In this document: piece by piece, positions 28,295 to 38,415 of the stretch | Position numbering within the stretch: position 1 is the stretch's first letter | Layout of the letters: each line of letters opens with the position of its first letter | Origin: Thermodesulfobacteriota bacterium | GTDB lineage: Bacteria; Desulfobacterota; Binatia; Bin18 | Reading direction: 5' to 3' | Assembly: GCA_964291405.2 (NCBI GenBank) | Contig: OZ219926.1 | Coordinates: forward strand, 3,904,001-3,968,000 | Length of the DNA: 64,000 nucleotides | Position numbers and translations under genes: made by a program | Notes under the pieces: generated by a model | The model's input: only the letters and a program-made list of their open reading frames with translations | Told to the model about the DNA's origin: nothing | Database searches by the model: none

Positions 28295-29578
28295 ATGGAT
28301 ATCGGACTTGGTATTGCCCTGCTGGCCGGCTTCCTGTCTTTTGCCTCGCCGTGCGTCCTGCCCATCGTGCCGGGCTATCTGACCTTTATTACCGGGATGA
28401 GTTTCGAGCAACTCACCGCCCGCCAGCGCTCGGCGCAACTGATGACCAGTGCGCTAATCAAGAGCATACCCTTTGTGTTGGGTTTCTCTCTGGTGTTCAT
28501 TGCCCTTGGCGCCTCGGCTTCTGCGGTGAGTGGACTGCTCAGATCAAACCTGGGCATCCTCAAAGGCGTCGCCGGACTTGGCATTATGGTCCTGGGCCTG
28601 CATCTGGCCGGGGTCTTACCCATCCCGGCCTTACTCCGCCAGCGCAGCTTTTCCAAAGAGCCCGCCGAGCCTGGGATGATCCGGGCTTTTGTGGCTGGGC
28701 TGTTTTTTGCCTTTGGCTGGACGCCGTGCGTTGGCCCTATTCTGGCCGGCATTCTGGCGATTGCCGCCACGACCGAAACGCTCAGTCACGGGGTCCTCCT
28801 GCTGGCGGTGTATTCGCTTGGACTCGGCATCCCGTTTATGCTCTCGGCCGCTTTCCTGAACGGCTTTCTGTCGCTCTTCCAAGGGATGAAGAGCTATCTG
28901 CGGCAAATGGAAGTGACGGCTGGCATGCTGCTCGTCCTGGTCGGTTTGCTCATCTTTACCGATAAGCTCGCCTGGGTCTCGTCGCGGTTGACTTTTTTGA
29001 ACCCGGAAGAGCTCCTCGTCAGCGAGGTCCAAGAAGCGGGTGCTTCCACACCGGTGGCGTCTGACGCGCTGCCGACGCCGAGCAGATACGGCGATTATAA
29101 TTTTACCCTGACGACCATTGATGGCGACCGGGTGAGTTTGTCCGACTATGAGGGAAAAGTGGTCCTGGTCAATTTCTGGGCGACCTGGTGCGGCCCGTGC
29201 GTCATCGAAACGCCGGCCTTGGTCCGCATGTATCACAAGTATAAACGCCACGGATTTGCCGTGATTGGAGTGGCCTTGCAGAGCGAAGAAGACGGGGTGC
29301 GGGATTTTGTCCGAAAATACAATATCCCGTACGCCATTGGCCGCGACCCATCGGACGAGATCGGTCTGCGCTATCAGGTGTTTGCCCTGCCCAGCAGTTT
29401 CCTCTTTGCCCCTGACGGTACGGTACAGCGTGCGTTTACCGGCTATGTCGCCGAAGCTGTCCTGGACCGTGAACTCGAAAAAACCTTCCGGGCCAGTCCG
29501 ACGCGACAACAGACGCCTCAGGTTGAAGCGATTGTCTATCCGCTCGACGCTCCGGGTAGGGAGGAGAGGAAGCCATGA
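28295..29578 (+). CDS. CcdA (DsbD-beta) fused to TlpA-like thioredoxin (DipZ-like)
   Basis: SPCVLP and GWTPCVGP in the membrane domain; NFWATWCGPC in the soluble domain. Confidence 0.9.
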   Translation: MDIGLGIALLAGFLSFASPCVLPIVPGYLTFITGMSFEQLTARQRSAQLMTSALIKSIPFVLGFSLVFIALGASASAVSGLLRSNLGILKGVAGLGIMVLGLHLAGVLPIPALLRQRSFSKEPAEPGMIRAFVAGLFFAFGWTPCVGPILAGILAIAATTETLSHGVLLLAVYSLGLGIPFMLSAAFLNGFLSLFQGMKSYLRQMEVTAGMLLVLVGLLIFTDKLAWVSSRLTFLNPEELLVSEVQEAGASTPVASDALPTPSRYGDYNFTLTTIDGDRVSLSDYEGKVVLVNFWATWCGPCVIETPALVRMYHKYKRHGFAVIGVALQSEEDGVRDFVRKYNIPYAIGRDPSDEIGLRYQVFALPSSFLFAPDGTVQRAFTGYVAEAVLDRELEKTFRASPTRQQTPQVEAIVYPLDAPGREERKP

Positions 29579-30018
29579 TTCAAAGTATTTTTCATATCAA
29601 CATCAACGTCTCCGACTTTGAACGTTCGCTCGCGTTCTATAAAATGCTGGGCTTTCGGGTCGTCAACGATCTTGGGACCGGCAGCAGCCCGCAACTGGAC
29701 GCCGGCCTGCAGATTCCGAACGGACAGGCGCGAGCCGTGCTCCTGATGCTGGGCGATAACCCCCATGCGACGCGCATCGATCTGATCGAATGGAAGCAGC
29801 CCAAGACGGACGGGACTCCCTATCCCCATCTCGCCCATGCGGGTATCGCTCGTATTGCCCTGAAAACGAAAAACCTGATGCAGGAGTACGAAGACCTCAA
29901 AGCCAAGGGGGTCGAATTCCTCTCGCCACCCCAGGAGACTATTCTCGGTGGTGGGATGACCCGTTTTGTGTGCTTCCACGATCCTGATGGAACCGTGTTG
30001 GAACTGATCGAGTTTTAA
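29575..30018 (+). CDS. VOC (glyoxalase-like) family protein
   Basis: FHININVSDFERSLAFY, DPDGTVLELIE. Confidence 0.85.
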   Translation: MIQSIFHININVSDFERSLAFYKMLGFRVVNDLGTGSSPQLDAGLQIPNGQARAVLLMLGDNPHATRIDLIEWKQPKTDGTPYPHLAHAGIARIALKTKNLMQEYEDLKAKGVEFLSPPQETILGGGMTRFVCFHDPDGTVLELIEF

Positions 30019-30048
30019 TCAGAGCGGCTGCACGGAATCAAAAACGCG

Positions 30049-30483
30049 ATGGACAGCAGCACAACACCGGCTCAGGGTGGGTTTCGTCATGCTGTTGGCT
30101 CTCTGGCGAGCGATTCGGGTCGGGTTGAACTCCGGGCCGGTCAGCATGCCTGGGCGCTTGATGAGCCCAAAGCCTTAGGGGGCAATGGAGCGGCCCCCGA
30201 TCCGATCACGGCCTTCCTGGGCAGCCTATGTGGCTGTCTGCTGATGTCCCTTGAGATCACGGCGCGGGCGCGTCAAGTGCCGCTTGCCGGGGCGTCGGTT
30301 TCCGCCAGGTCGAACACAAAAGGGTTCGTGAAAACCATAGACGTTGACCTGACCGTGCGTAGTGCTGCGTCTGAAGAGACGGTCCGAACTGTGGTCACCC
30401 GAGCGGAAAAGGGCTGTTATGTGCGCGGGCTCTTGAAAGACAGTATTGCCTATTCCCTCAATGTTACCGTCCTGTCTGCCTAG
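30049..30483 (+). CDS. OsmC/Ohr family protein
   Basis: DEPKALGG.GAAPDP...GSLCGC and second Cys in AEKGCYV. Confidence 0.8.
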   Translation: MDSSTTPAQGGFRHAVGSLASDSGRVELRAGQHAWALDEPKALGGNGAAPDPITAFLGSLCGCLLMSLEITARARQVPLAGASVSARSNTKGFVKTIDVDLTVRSAASEETVRTVVTRAEKGCYVRGLLKDSIAYSLNVTVLSA

Positions 30484-30484
30484 G

Positions 30485-31210
30485 ATGCGAATCCCTCGCT
30501 TCTCCTGTGCTCTGGTTCTTTGTCGCTGGGGCTCAGTCTGCTGTGCGTGTATTGTCTGGTTATCGAGTGTTGGTGTAACTTTTGCGGCCTGTGACGAGCA
30601 CCTGAAAGAGGTCGAGCGGAGCGTTGGTCTGCTTTTGCATGGGCTGCGGACGACTCAGGGAACGGTTCGCGAGGTCGAATCGAAGACCCAGGGGCAGGAG
30701 GCCATCTACCAGAACTTACGCCTCCATCCTCCCGAGGAATACGATCCGGCATTGGCTCGACAGATTGGAAAAATCCGTCGGACCATCGTGCGTCCCAAGC
30801 GCACCCTGCTTGTACAACTGAAAGAACAACACGCAGCGACGCGCCGGCAGTGGGAGCAGGATATACGACTGGCCCATGAGCGGTTTCTTGAAGCCGAGGC
30901 CGCGTATCGAAAAAGGCTGCTCACGCAGGAGGCGTTCTGCCAGGCTCGCGAGGTCTATGCCGAGGCGCTGTCCCGCTATCGGGGTGGGCTGGAACAATAT
31001 CGAACCGGACTTACTCTGTACACGGACGCCTTGAACACCTACCGTGAACAATTCGTCGTCCCGTGCATTCGTGGCTACACCGAGCCTGCTCTCTGGCAGG
31101 CCCTCATCACCAGGTTTGAACAGGACGATTTCTTACAAGAACTTCTGAACGCTCTGACCGCAAACGCGATTCGCAGCCTCCCGCCGGAGGCGCCTCCGGA
31201 TGTAAGCTGA
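30485..31210 (+). CDS. Hypothetical exported, helical protein
   Basis: Hydrophobic N-terminus ending VTFA; tightly packed between co-oriented genes. Confidence 0.55.
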   Translation: MRIPRFSCALVLCRWGSVCCACIVWLSSVGVTFAACDEHLKEVERSVGLLLHGLRTTQGTVREVESKTQGQEAIYQNLRLHPPEEYDPALARQIGKIRRTIVRPKRTLLVQLKEQHAATRRQWEQDIRLAHERFLEAEAAYRKRLLTQEAFCQAREVYAEALSRYRGGLEQYRTGLTLYTDALNTYREQFVVPCIRGYTEPALWQALITRFEQDDFLQELLNALTANAIRSLPPEAPPDVS

Positions 31211-31243
31211 CGGATACGCAAGCGCCTATTACCAAGGATAATC

Positions 31244-31804
31244 ATGCCTACGACTCCTGCGACGCTGTATCTCATTCGCCACGGGCAGGCCAGCGCCGGC
31301 TTTGATCAAGCCTATGACCCAGGCCTCGATGCCACTGGCCTGGCCCAAGCCGAAGCCATAGCGAACGAGTTGGAATCGCTGGGACCGCTGCCTATCGTCA
31401 CCAGCCCGCTCCAGCGCACGCGCCAGACCGCCGCGGCGTTTGAGAAACGCTGGAAAGTCCAGGCCCGAATTGAACCGGCGGTGGCGGAGATCCCTTCTCC
31501 CACGAAGGATCTGCAAGCCCGCGCAGATTGGCTCAGACAGGCTATGCGGGGCCGTTGGAGTGAGCTTGCGCCCCAGTATCAGGAGTGGCGGGATCAGGTC
31601 GTTGCCGCCCTGGTTGCCCTCAAGACCACAACCGTCGTCACCTCCCACTTTATTGCCATTAACGTGGCGGTCGGCGCGGCCACTCAGGACGGTCGGGTGA
31701 TCTGCTTTGAACCGGATAACTGCTCGTGTACCCGTCTGGAAGTGCGCGATGGCCGACTCCGTCTAGTCGAACTGGGCCGCCAGCGAGAGACCCGGATTCT
31801 CTAA
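31244..31804 (+). CDS. Histidine phosphatase family protein
   Basis: LIRHG, SPLQRTRQTA, AEI, TSH. Confidence 0.88.
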   Translation: MPTTPATLYLIRHGQASAGFDQAYDPGLDATGLAQAEAIANELESLGPLPIVTSPLQRTRQTAAAFEKRWKVQARIEPAVAEIPSPTKDLQARADWLRQAMRGRWSELAPQYQEWRDQVVAALVALKTTTVVTSHFIAINVAVGAATQDGRVICFEPDNCSCTRLEVRDGRLRLVELGRQRETRIL

Positions 31805-31895
31805 TCTCGGGCCGCTCCGGCCTTGCGTTCTGCCTGCGGGAGTGTTTGAAACAGGTCGAAAACCGTACGCCCGAACGTTTCCGGGGAGGAAAGTT

Positions 31896-32987
31896 ATGAC
31901 AACACCCGAAGCTGAAATGATGCTGACGCCGCGCACGTCGCTCACCACCGAAACCGCGCCGGTGCTGGACCAGCATCGCTTTGATGAAGCTGCCCTTGAA
32001 GGCTATATGCACGAACATGTCGACGGCTTTACCGCGCCACTACACGTCGGTCAGGTCCGGGGCGGCATGTCCAACCCGACCTTTGTGTTGACCGACGGCG
32101 CGGGTAGGCGTTATGTGCTGCGCAAAAAACCACCGGGCAAACTTCTGCCCTCCGCCCACGCGGTTGACCGTGAGTTCCGAGTTATTTCCGCCCTATGGGA
32201 AACCGATGTGCCGGTCGCGAAACCCTATGTCCTGTGCCAGGATCCCAGCGTCATCGGGGTGGACTTCTATATCATGGATTTTGTGGATGGCCGGGTCTTC
32301 CGTGGCTATGAATTGCCCGAGCTGACACCGGCGGAACGCCGCGAGATTTACCAGGCCATGGTCGACGTCATGGCCAAACTCCATCAGGTCGATTTTCGGG
32401 CCGTCGGGCTGGAAGGCTACGGCAAGGTAGGCGGGTATATGGAACGCCAGGTGCGACGCTGGTCCAAGCAGTATGAGGCCAGCAAGACAGACGACCTGCC
32501 GGCCATGGAAAACCTCATGCAATGGCTGCCCGAACATTTGCCCGCGCATCACGAAACAACCATCGCCCACGGGGATTTTCGTCTGGAAAACATGATCTTT
32601 CATCATACTGAGCCTCGGGTGCTGGCCGTGGTGGACTGGGAGCTGAGTACGCTGGGGGCGCCCCTATCCGACTTGGCCTATAACTGCCTGCCGTACTATG
32701 TCCCGGACGATATGCGCGGCGACCTGACCAGCATCGACTACGCTAGCTACGGCATCCCGTCCGAGGAGGAATACGTCGCCTGGTACTGTCAGAAGACGGG
32801 TCAGCAAGACATCCCGGAGTGGAAATTCTATCTGGTGTTCTCGCTCTTCCGGCTGGCCGCCATCGTGCAGGGCGTCTATAAGCGCGGCCTCGAAGGTAAT
32901 GCCAGTTCGCCTGAAGCCATCACTCGAGGGGAAAAGTGTAAACAACTCTGTGCGGCCGGCTGGAGCCTGGTTGAGCAGGGAGTCTAA
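31896..32987 (+). CDS. APH-like phosphotransferase (ACAD10/11 N-terminal kinase-like)
   Basis: GGMSNPT, LRKKPPGKLLPSAHAVDRE, HGDFRLEN, DWELSTLG. Confidence 0.9.
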   Translation: MTTPEAEMMLTPRTSLTTETAPVLDQHRFDEAALEGYMHEHVDGFTAPLHVGQVRGGMSNPTFVLTDGAGRRYVLRKKPPGKLLPSAHAVDREFRVISALWETDVPVAKPYVLCQDPSVIGVDFYIMDFVDGRVFRGYELPELTPAERREIYQAMVDVMAKLHQVDFRAVGLEGYGKVGGYMERQVRRWSKQYEASKTDDLPAMENLMQWLPEHLPAHHETTIAHGDFRLENMIFHHTEPRVLAVVDWELSTLGAPLSDLAYNCLPYYVPDDMRGDLTSIDYASYGIPSEEEYVAWYCQKTGQQDIPEWKFYLVFSLFRLAAIVQGVYKRGLEGNASSPEAITRGEKCKQLCAAGWSLVEQGV

Positions 32988-33020
32988 GCCCCCTTCGGTG
33001 TGCTTCTTGCCAGACGGAAC

Positions 33021-34322
33021 CTACTCGTATCCGGCACCGCCTATGGGTGTCACGCTTACGCGCGGAGGCGACAGGAAAAAGGCAGCGGTGGACCGAATCA
33101 CCTCCGGGTCGGTCGTCTCCAGCAGTACGCCAAAGGCTGAGAGACGGTATCTTCCCGCGGCCAGCCGCGCGATGTTGGAGAAATGAAACCCGAAAGATGG
33201 CTGCCCGCTGTGAGGTGGTCCCGTGTTGGAAAAATACGTCTGTTGTGCAAGCTGTTGGAGCCCGCCTTCGAGCCGTATGACCAGTAAGAGCGTCTGGCCC
33301 GTGGGGAGCTGTAAGGCTGCCCAGCGAGGAGACTGTTCTTCTCCCACGGGCAACTCATCTGCCTGCAATAACCGAGCCTGACCGAAATCGAGAAAATTGA
33401 AATAGGTACTGACCTCGCCGTCGGCCAAAATAAAACGTGGCGGAATCTTGAGCTTGACCAGGGTCGTGCCCTCGACAAAGTCCGGATAAAAGATGAGATC
33501 AATCCGCCCCCTGGCGCGGAGGCCAAAGGGGAGGGGAAACCAATAGCGCGCGCGGCGAATCACCCGGATCGGGCCCTGGGTATGGCCGTATAGCCGGGCG
33601 TGCAGGTCTTTGTCGGTACGCCGGATGTTCAGTAATCCGCCCAGAAAATCGACCTCGGCATCAACGCCAATATGCGATATGAGGTTCTGACCCAGATCGC
33701 CCGGTGAGTCCACAAAAGCGAGATGGCTGGGTAGCGGCGTATCAAAAGCTACGCTATAGCCTTCGGCATAGACATGATCCTGTTGGGGGTCGTAGCGAAC
33801 GAGACCGGGCCGGGTAGGCTGAGTCGATTGCACACCCACCCGAATATAGACAAAGCCAAGTGGGGTCTCGTCAGAGCCGAGGCGAACCTCATGCCACCCG
33901 CCTGCTGGAAACGTTGCCGCAGGGGCGTGTTTCCCCATATCCCGTCTCAGGAAAACAATCACATCGTTGGGGTCAAACCGCCCTGGCTGGTCGTCTTGGC
34001 TGGGACGCGGGCCGGCCTTGATGACCCACCGGCCACGTCGGTCGCGTACGTCAATCTGAAAAGGGATGGGTGTTAGAGACGTGGAGTGGAAGGCGAAGAG
34101 CTGAATGTGCGAGAGGGACTGTTGATGTAAGAAGGGTAGGCTGGGTCCCTCAAGGACGATCACGCCGGGCCGGGCCGGTGTAGCTTCCGCCCAGAGCCGG
34201 ACTGGTAAGCTCGTGAGCAAACATGCGATGAGAAACGCAAGACGGATATGCTGCACGAACTGTCTCCGGGCTACGGAGGAAAGGGGGGAGACAGGGGCAG
34301 CGCTTGGTGCCGCCCCTGTCAA
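33021..34322 (-). CDS. Hypothetical exported protein
   Basis: 433-aa ORF following the aminotransferase; signal-like segment; PIPFQID...D.ND.IVF...DMG motif. Confidence 0.6.
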   Translation of the reverse strand: MTGAAPSAAPVSPLSSVARRQFVQHIRLAFLIACLLTSLPVRLWAEATPARPGVIVLEGPSLPFLHQQSLSHIQLFAFHSTSLTPIPFQIDVRDRRGRWVIKAGPRPSQDDQPGRFDPNDVIVFLRRDMGKHAPAATFPAGGWHEVRLGSDETPLGFVYIRVGVQSTQPTRPGLVRYDPQQDHVYAEGYSVAFDTPLPSHLAFVDSPGDLGQNLISHIGVDAEVDFLGGLLNIRRTDKDLHARLYGHTQGPIRVIRRARYWFPLPFGLRARGRIDLIFYPDFVEGTTLVKLKIPPRFILADGEVSTYFNFLDFGQARLLQADELPVGEEQSPRWAALQLPTGQTLLLVIRLEGGLQQLAQQTYFSNTGPPHSGQPSFGFHFSNIARLAAGRYRLSAFGVLLETTDPEVIRSTAAFFLSPPRVSVTPIGGAGYE

Positions 34323-34343
34323 TTTTTTGACGGGGCTCGTCCG

Positions 34344-35780
34344 CTATTTCCCGCTGGCTCGCTGCCACTCGCCGTCAAGCTCCTCCGCCACTTCTCGAAT
34401 CGCCCTGCCAAGGGTATCCACCATCTCGTCAATCTGCTCTCGGGTGATGATTAAGGGGGGGCAGAGCGCAACACTGTTCGCGCCGGCCACGCGGGTAATC
34501 AAGCCGTTATCCAAGGCTTTTTCCCAGACCTGTTGCGCAATGCGCAGCTCGGCCGGGAACATTTCCTTGGTGGCTTTATCCCTGACCAGTTCGACCGCGG
34601 CGATCAGACCCTTGCCACGCGTGTCACCCACGATGGGCAGCTCGTGGAGGGCGGCCAGGCGTTTCTGCAAATAGCGGCCCTGGGTGCGGGCGTTCTGGAC
34701 GAGTTTCTCCTTTTCGATGATTTCAAGATTGGCCAGGGCTGCGGCGCAGACGGTTGGATGGCCGGTATAGGTGTAACCGTGCCAGAAGGCGTAATCATCG
34801 CCCGTATCCAAAAAGGTCTGGAAGATTTCCTCTTTGAACAGGACCACACCAAGCGGCAGATAACCGCTGGTGACGCCTTTTGCCGAAACCAGAATATCCG
34901 GCACAACGCCAAAGCCAGTCGAGGCAAACATGGTGCCGGTGCGGCCAAAGCCGGTAATGACTTCGTCACACACCATGAGGATATTATGGCGCGAGCAGAT
35001 CTCCCGAATCTTGGGCCACCAGCCATCGGGCGGAACAATCACGCCGCCCACGCCCTGAATCGGCTCGGCCACAAAGGCTCCAATCGTTCCCGCGCCTTCG
35101 CGCCGGATGATTTTTTCAAGCTCCTCCGCGCCATTGTTCTCGCGATAGGTATACGGGCGGGGCATATGGATGACACCGGGCAGGCCAGGATCGACCTGAT
35201 TATTAAAAAGCGGAATACCGGTCAGCGACGCGGCACCGCTTGACGTGCCGTGATAGGCCTGTTCCAGGGTGATGAACTTCGTCTTCTTGGGCTTCCCTTT
35301 GGCTTTCCAATAGGCGCGGACCAGACGAATCATCGACTCGTTCGACTCCGAGCCGCCTGAGGTCAGGATCACCCGACTCAGACCCTTGGGCGCGATCTTG
35401 GCCAGCTTGGCCGCCAGTTGCACGGTCGGGACCGAGGTCGGGCCGATCAGCGTCGGCGCAAAAGCCAGCTTGTTCATCTGCTCGGCCACGGCGCGGTTGA
35501 TTTCTTTGCGGCCGTGTCCGATATGCACATTCCACAGGGAGGCGAGGCCGTCGATATACTTCTTGCCTTCCGTATCCCAGAGATAGATGCCTTGGCCTTT
35601 GACAAAAACGGGTACTCCCTTATTTTGCTGCAAGCCGAGCGGCACAAAGCCGTGGACAAGGTGGGCCGCATCCTGCTTGCGCAGTGCTTTTGCCTGTTGC
35701 GGAGGTAGGGCCACCGAAGACGGTTTCTTGCGTGGCCGTAACGGAACGACCTTCCCCTGCGTTTTTGCCTGCCGTGCCAT
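34344..35780 (-). CDS. Class III (omega) aminotransferase
   Basis: DGLASLWNV..GHG, SGGSE, YHG, EPIQG.GG, DEVITGFGRTG, SAKG, HGYTYTGHP; start ATG 35780 after AAGGAG. Confidence 0.9.
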   Translation of the reverse strand: MARQAKTQGKVVPLRPRKKPSSVALPPQQAKALRKQDAAHLVHGFVPLGLQQNKGVPVFVKGQGIYLWDTEGKKYIDGLASLWNVHIGHGRKEINRAVAEQMNKLAFAPTLIGPTSVPTVQLAAKLAKIAPKGLSRVILTSGGSESNESMIRLVRAYWKAKGKPKKTKFITLEQAYHGTSSGAASLTGIPLFNNQVDPGLPGVIHMPRPYTYRENNGAEELEKIIRREGAGTIGAFVAEPIQGVGGVIVPPDGWWPKIREICSRHNILMVCDEVITGFGRTGTMFASTGFGVVPDILVSAKGVTSGYLPLGVVLFKEEIFQTFLDTGDDYAFWHGYTYTGHPTVCAAALANLEIIEKEKLVQNARTQGRYLQKRLAALHELPIVGDTRGKGLIAAVELVRDKATKEMFPAELRIAQQVWEKALDNGLITRVAGANSVALCPPLIITREQIDEMVDTLGRAIREVAEELDGEWQRASGK

Positions 35781-35896
35781 ACCACTCTCCTTTCGCTGTG
35801 AACTCTTGCGCTGTACCACGGATGCGATCATATACGAGTCGCGCGAAAAATCCCAGACTGATACCCTGCTGATGAGACATATACAAAGGAGGAAAG

Positions 35897-36904
35897 ATGA
35901 AAACAAAGCGAATGGGGCGAACCGGTCTGAACGTTTCCGAAATCTGCCTGGGTACGATGACCTTCGGGCGTCAATGCGAAGAAACGCAGAGCTTCGCCAT
36001 CATGGATACCGCATTCGAGAACGGCGTGGATTTCTTTGATAGCGCCGATGTGTATCCGGCGGGCGGTGGTGTCGAAACCGCGGGCCGCACCGAAGAGATT
36101 GTCGGTAAATGGCTAAAAGGCCGGCGCGAGGACATTGTCCTGGCCACCAAATGCTGGGGCGCGATGGGTGACCGGCCGAACGACCGGGGCCTCTCGCGCA
36201 AGCATATCTGCGCCGCGGTTGAGGCGAGTCTCAAGCGCTTGCAGACGGATTATATTGACCTGTATCAGGTCCACGCACCCGACCCGAAAACGCCGATCGA
36301 GGAGACCCTGCAAGCCCTGGACGACCTAGTCCATCAAGGCAAGGTGCGTTACATCGGCTGCTCAAATTTCCAGGCCTGGCGTCTGGCCCTGGCCCTGTGG
36401 CAGAGCGACAAGCTCGGTCTGGCGCGCTTCGACTGTGTTCAGCCGCGCTACAATATGCTGTTCCGTGAAATCGAACACGAACTCTTTCCCCTGTGTCGCG
36501 AACAGGGCATCGGCATGATTCCGTACAATCCGCTCGCCGGCGGGTTTCTGACCGGCAAACACAAAGCCGGCGCGGAACCGGCCGCGGAAACGCGATTTGC
36601 CCTGAGTGGCAGAGCCGGGGAAACGTACCGCCGGCGCTACTGGCAGGAGGCCCAGTTTGCCGCGGTCGAGCATCTCAAGGAATTCTTTACCGCGCACAAT
36701 AAACCACTGGCTCAAGTGGCAGTCGCCTGGGTGCTCGCCCAGCCCGAAGTCACCTCACCGATTGTCGGCGCGACCTCAGTCGAACAACTCGAACAATCCC
36801 TGCCGGCGGTCGAGATGAGCCTCGACGAAGAGGAGATGGAACTGTGTAACGACCTGTGGTTCTCGCTGCCGCGCCTGCGGGATAAGGCGGTGGCGTTGCG
36901 GTAG
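35897..36904 (+). CDS. Aldo/keto reductase
   Basis: LGTMTFG, DSADVY, LATK, SLKRLQTDYIDLYQVH, GKVRYIGCSN. Confidence 0.92.
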   Translation: MKTKRMGRTGLNVSEICLGTMTFGRQCEETQSFAIMDTAFENGVDFFDSADVYPAGGGVETAGRTEEIVGKWLKGRREDIVLATKCWGAMGDRPNDRGLSRKHICAAVEASLKRLQTDYIDLYQVHAPDPKTPIEETLQALDDLVHQGKVRYIGCSNFQAWRLALALWQSDKLGLARFDCVQPRYNMLFREIEHELFPLCREQGIGMIPYNPLAGGFLTGKHKAGAEPAAETRFALSGRAGETYRRRYWQEAQFAAVEHLKEFFTAHNKPLAQVAVAWVLAQPEVTSPIVGATSVEQLEQSLPAVEMSLDEEEMELCNDLWFSLPRLRDKAVALR

Positions 36905-36940
36905 ACGCGAGGGGACTACGAGGCGGTATGCTGTTGTGCT

Positions 36941-37050
36941 GTCGTCATGCCGGACTTGATCCGGCATCCAGAGGTTGGAGGATGGGAAGAGTCCTTTGAG
37001 TCTGTTGAGTCCTTTGAGTCTGTTGGGTCTCTGGGGTCACCGGCATCCAG
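36941..37050. repeat. Palindromic repeat plus 9-bp tandem repeats between convergent genes
   Basis: gtcatgccggacttgatccggcatccagag matches (inverted) the MITE interior near 28096-28127; gagtccttt/gagtctgtt units at 36989-37038; ccggcatccag repeated at 36961 and 37040. Confidence 0.7.
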
Positions 37051-37065
37051 GGGGCAGCGTCTGCC

Positions 37066-38394
37066 TCAATCCTCTTCCTCGATGAATACCAGATGTCCAG
37101 CTTCCTCCTGGGCGCGGATTTTCTCTTCAATGTCGGCCGAGAGTTCTATCTTGCGGTGTTGAGGAAACTTCTCCCGGTCTACGGTCGGACGCAGAAAATA
37201 CTGCTCCGGGGTCAGTACTTCGGATTGACTTTTAAGCTGGGCAAAATACCACACGCGGGGGAGCACCCCAGGACTAAAGAAAACTTCCTGGTCTTCAGCC
37301 GACCATTCTTTGAGATGGTGGGTATCATGCACGCTGTAGCGCATGTAATCGAGCGTGACATCCCAGTAATGGTTAAACAATAGGCCGTAGCCTTTGTCTC
37401 CCATGTTGGGATTCCGATAGGTCGCGATGCGGGTTTCGATGAAAATCAGATTGCCATCCTGGCCGTACTGCTCTATCCGCAACGGATAAAAATAATGCTT
37501 ATCCAGCCAATAGATAATCTTTGGCGCATAATATCCGGGCAGCCATTCTTCTTCGACTGAAGCTTCTACTACCCAACAATCAATACCCCCCTCTTTGGTG
37601 TAAAAAGGGTAGTCATCGCCCATCATTTTAATCTGATCAGTCGGAACATCGTGGAGGGTGCCGTCTGACTCTCCTAAGGTGACAGTTGACCGGGTCGTGG
37701 GGAAGCGGACTGTTTTCTGCAGCGTGTCGACGCCAATGAGCTTCCAGGAAAACTCCCACGGATCACGGCCAAAGATATCGTCAAAACTCTCTGCCCCCTG
37801 TGCCAATTTATCGCCTCGACGTGGCTGGGGCTGACGACGAACCCGCCGCAAGGCGGGTGAATAAACAAAGAGATCCCAGCGGGTCAGTGGCTCTTGTCCA
37901 GCTCGGTACATGGTCATAAACATCTGGTTCCCGAGGTCTTCTGGCGGGAAAAAGGTTTGACCAGTTATTTTTCGTGTCGGCTCACCTGGTTTCGTTCCGT
38001 AGATCTCGCCTTCTAAGCCCTGCATGCCCTTTGCATTTGGAACATAGAATATCGGGCTGTGCATTTTATCCGTAATGAGATACCCGTGTGCGGTCAGCGC
38101 CCCACTCACATCGACAAAATTGCACGACCAGCGTGGCGAGTGGCTGAACTCCATGGCCCGATAGCCCATCTCCTCTGCGGTATAGGGCGGCTGAAACGGA
38201 TAACGCTCGGCGGGTATATACGGCTGCTCCGGGTCGCGTGGCGTATCGGTTCGAGGATCGAACAGTTCACGCTCCGCCTCGGTCAGCTCGCCCACCACCC
38301 GCCAGGTTTTTGCCGTCGCGGGCGAGTCGGCCCATACCACGGGCGCCAGGCATAAGCTGAAAATAAAGAATGAGAATGTCAGACCCAACCGCAT
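37066..38394 (-). CDS. DUF1329 / lipoprotein-sorting-like exported protein
   Basis: Signal peptide; YSPALRRVRR, DD..GR..WEF.WKLIG, YPLRIEQY. Confidence 0.75.
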   Translation of the reverse strand: MRLGLTFSFFIFSLCLAPVVWADSPATAKTWRVVGELTEAERELFDPRTDTPRDPEQPYIPAERYPFQPPYTAEEMGYRAMEFSHSPRWSCNFVDVSGALTAHGYLITDKMHSPIFYVPNAKGMQGLEGEIYGTKPGEPTRKITGQTFFPPEDLGNQMFMTMYRAGQEPLTRWDLFVYSPALRRVRRQPQPRRGDKLAQGAESFDDIFGRDPWEFSWKLIGVDTLQKTVRFPTTRSTVTLGESDGTLHDVPTDQIKMMGDDYPFYTKEGGIDCWVVEASVEEEWLPGYYAPKIIYWLDKHYFYPLRIEQYGQDGNLIFIETRIATYRNPNMGDKGYGLLFNHYWDVTLDYMRYSVHDTHHLKEWSAEDQEVFFSPGVLPRVWYFAQLKSQSEVLTPEQYFLRPTVDREKFPQHRKIELSADIEEKIRAQEEAGHLVFIEEED

Positions 38395-38415
38395 GGCTCC
38401 GGCCTCGTATCCCTG

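Noticed and set aside
25881-28300. Intact integrative element at tRNA-Ser
   Set aside because: No integrase and no direct repeat of the tRNA 3' end was found downstream
36989-37038. Possible CRISPR array
   Set aside because: 9-bp tandem units without spacers; no cas genes in the window
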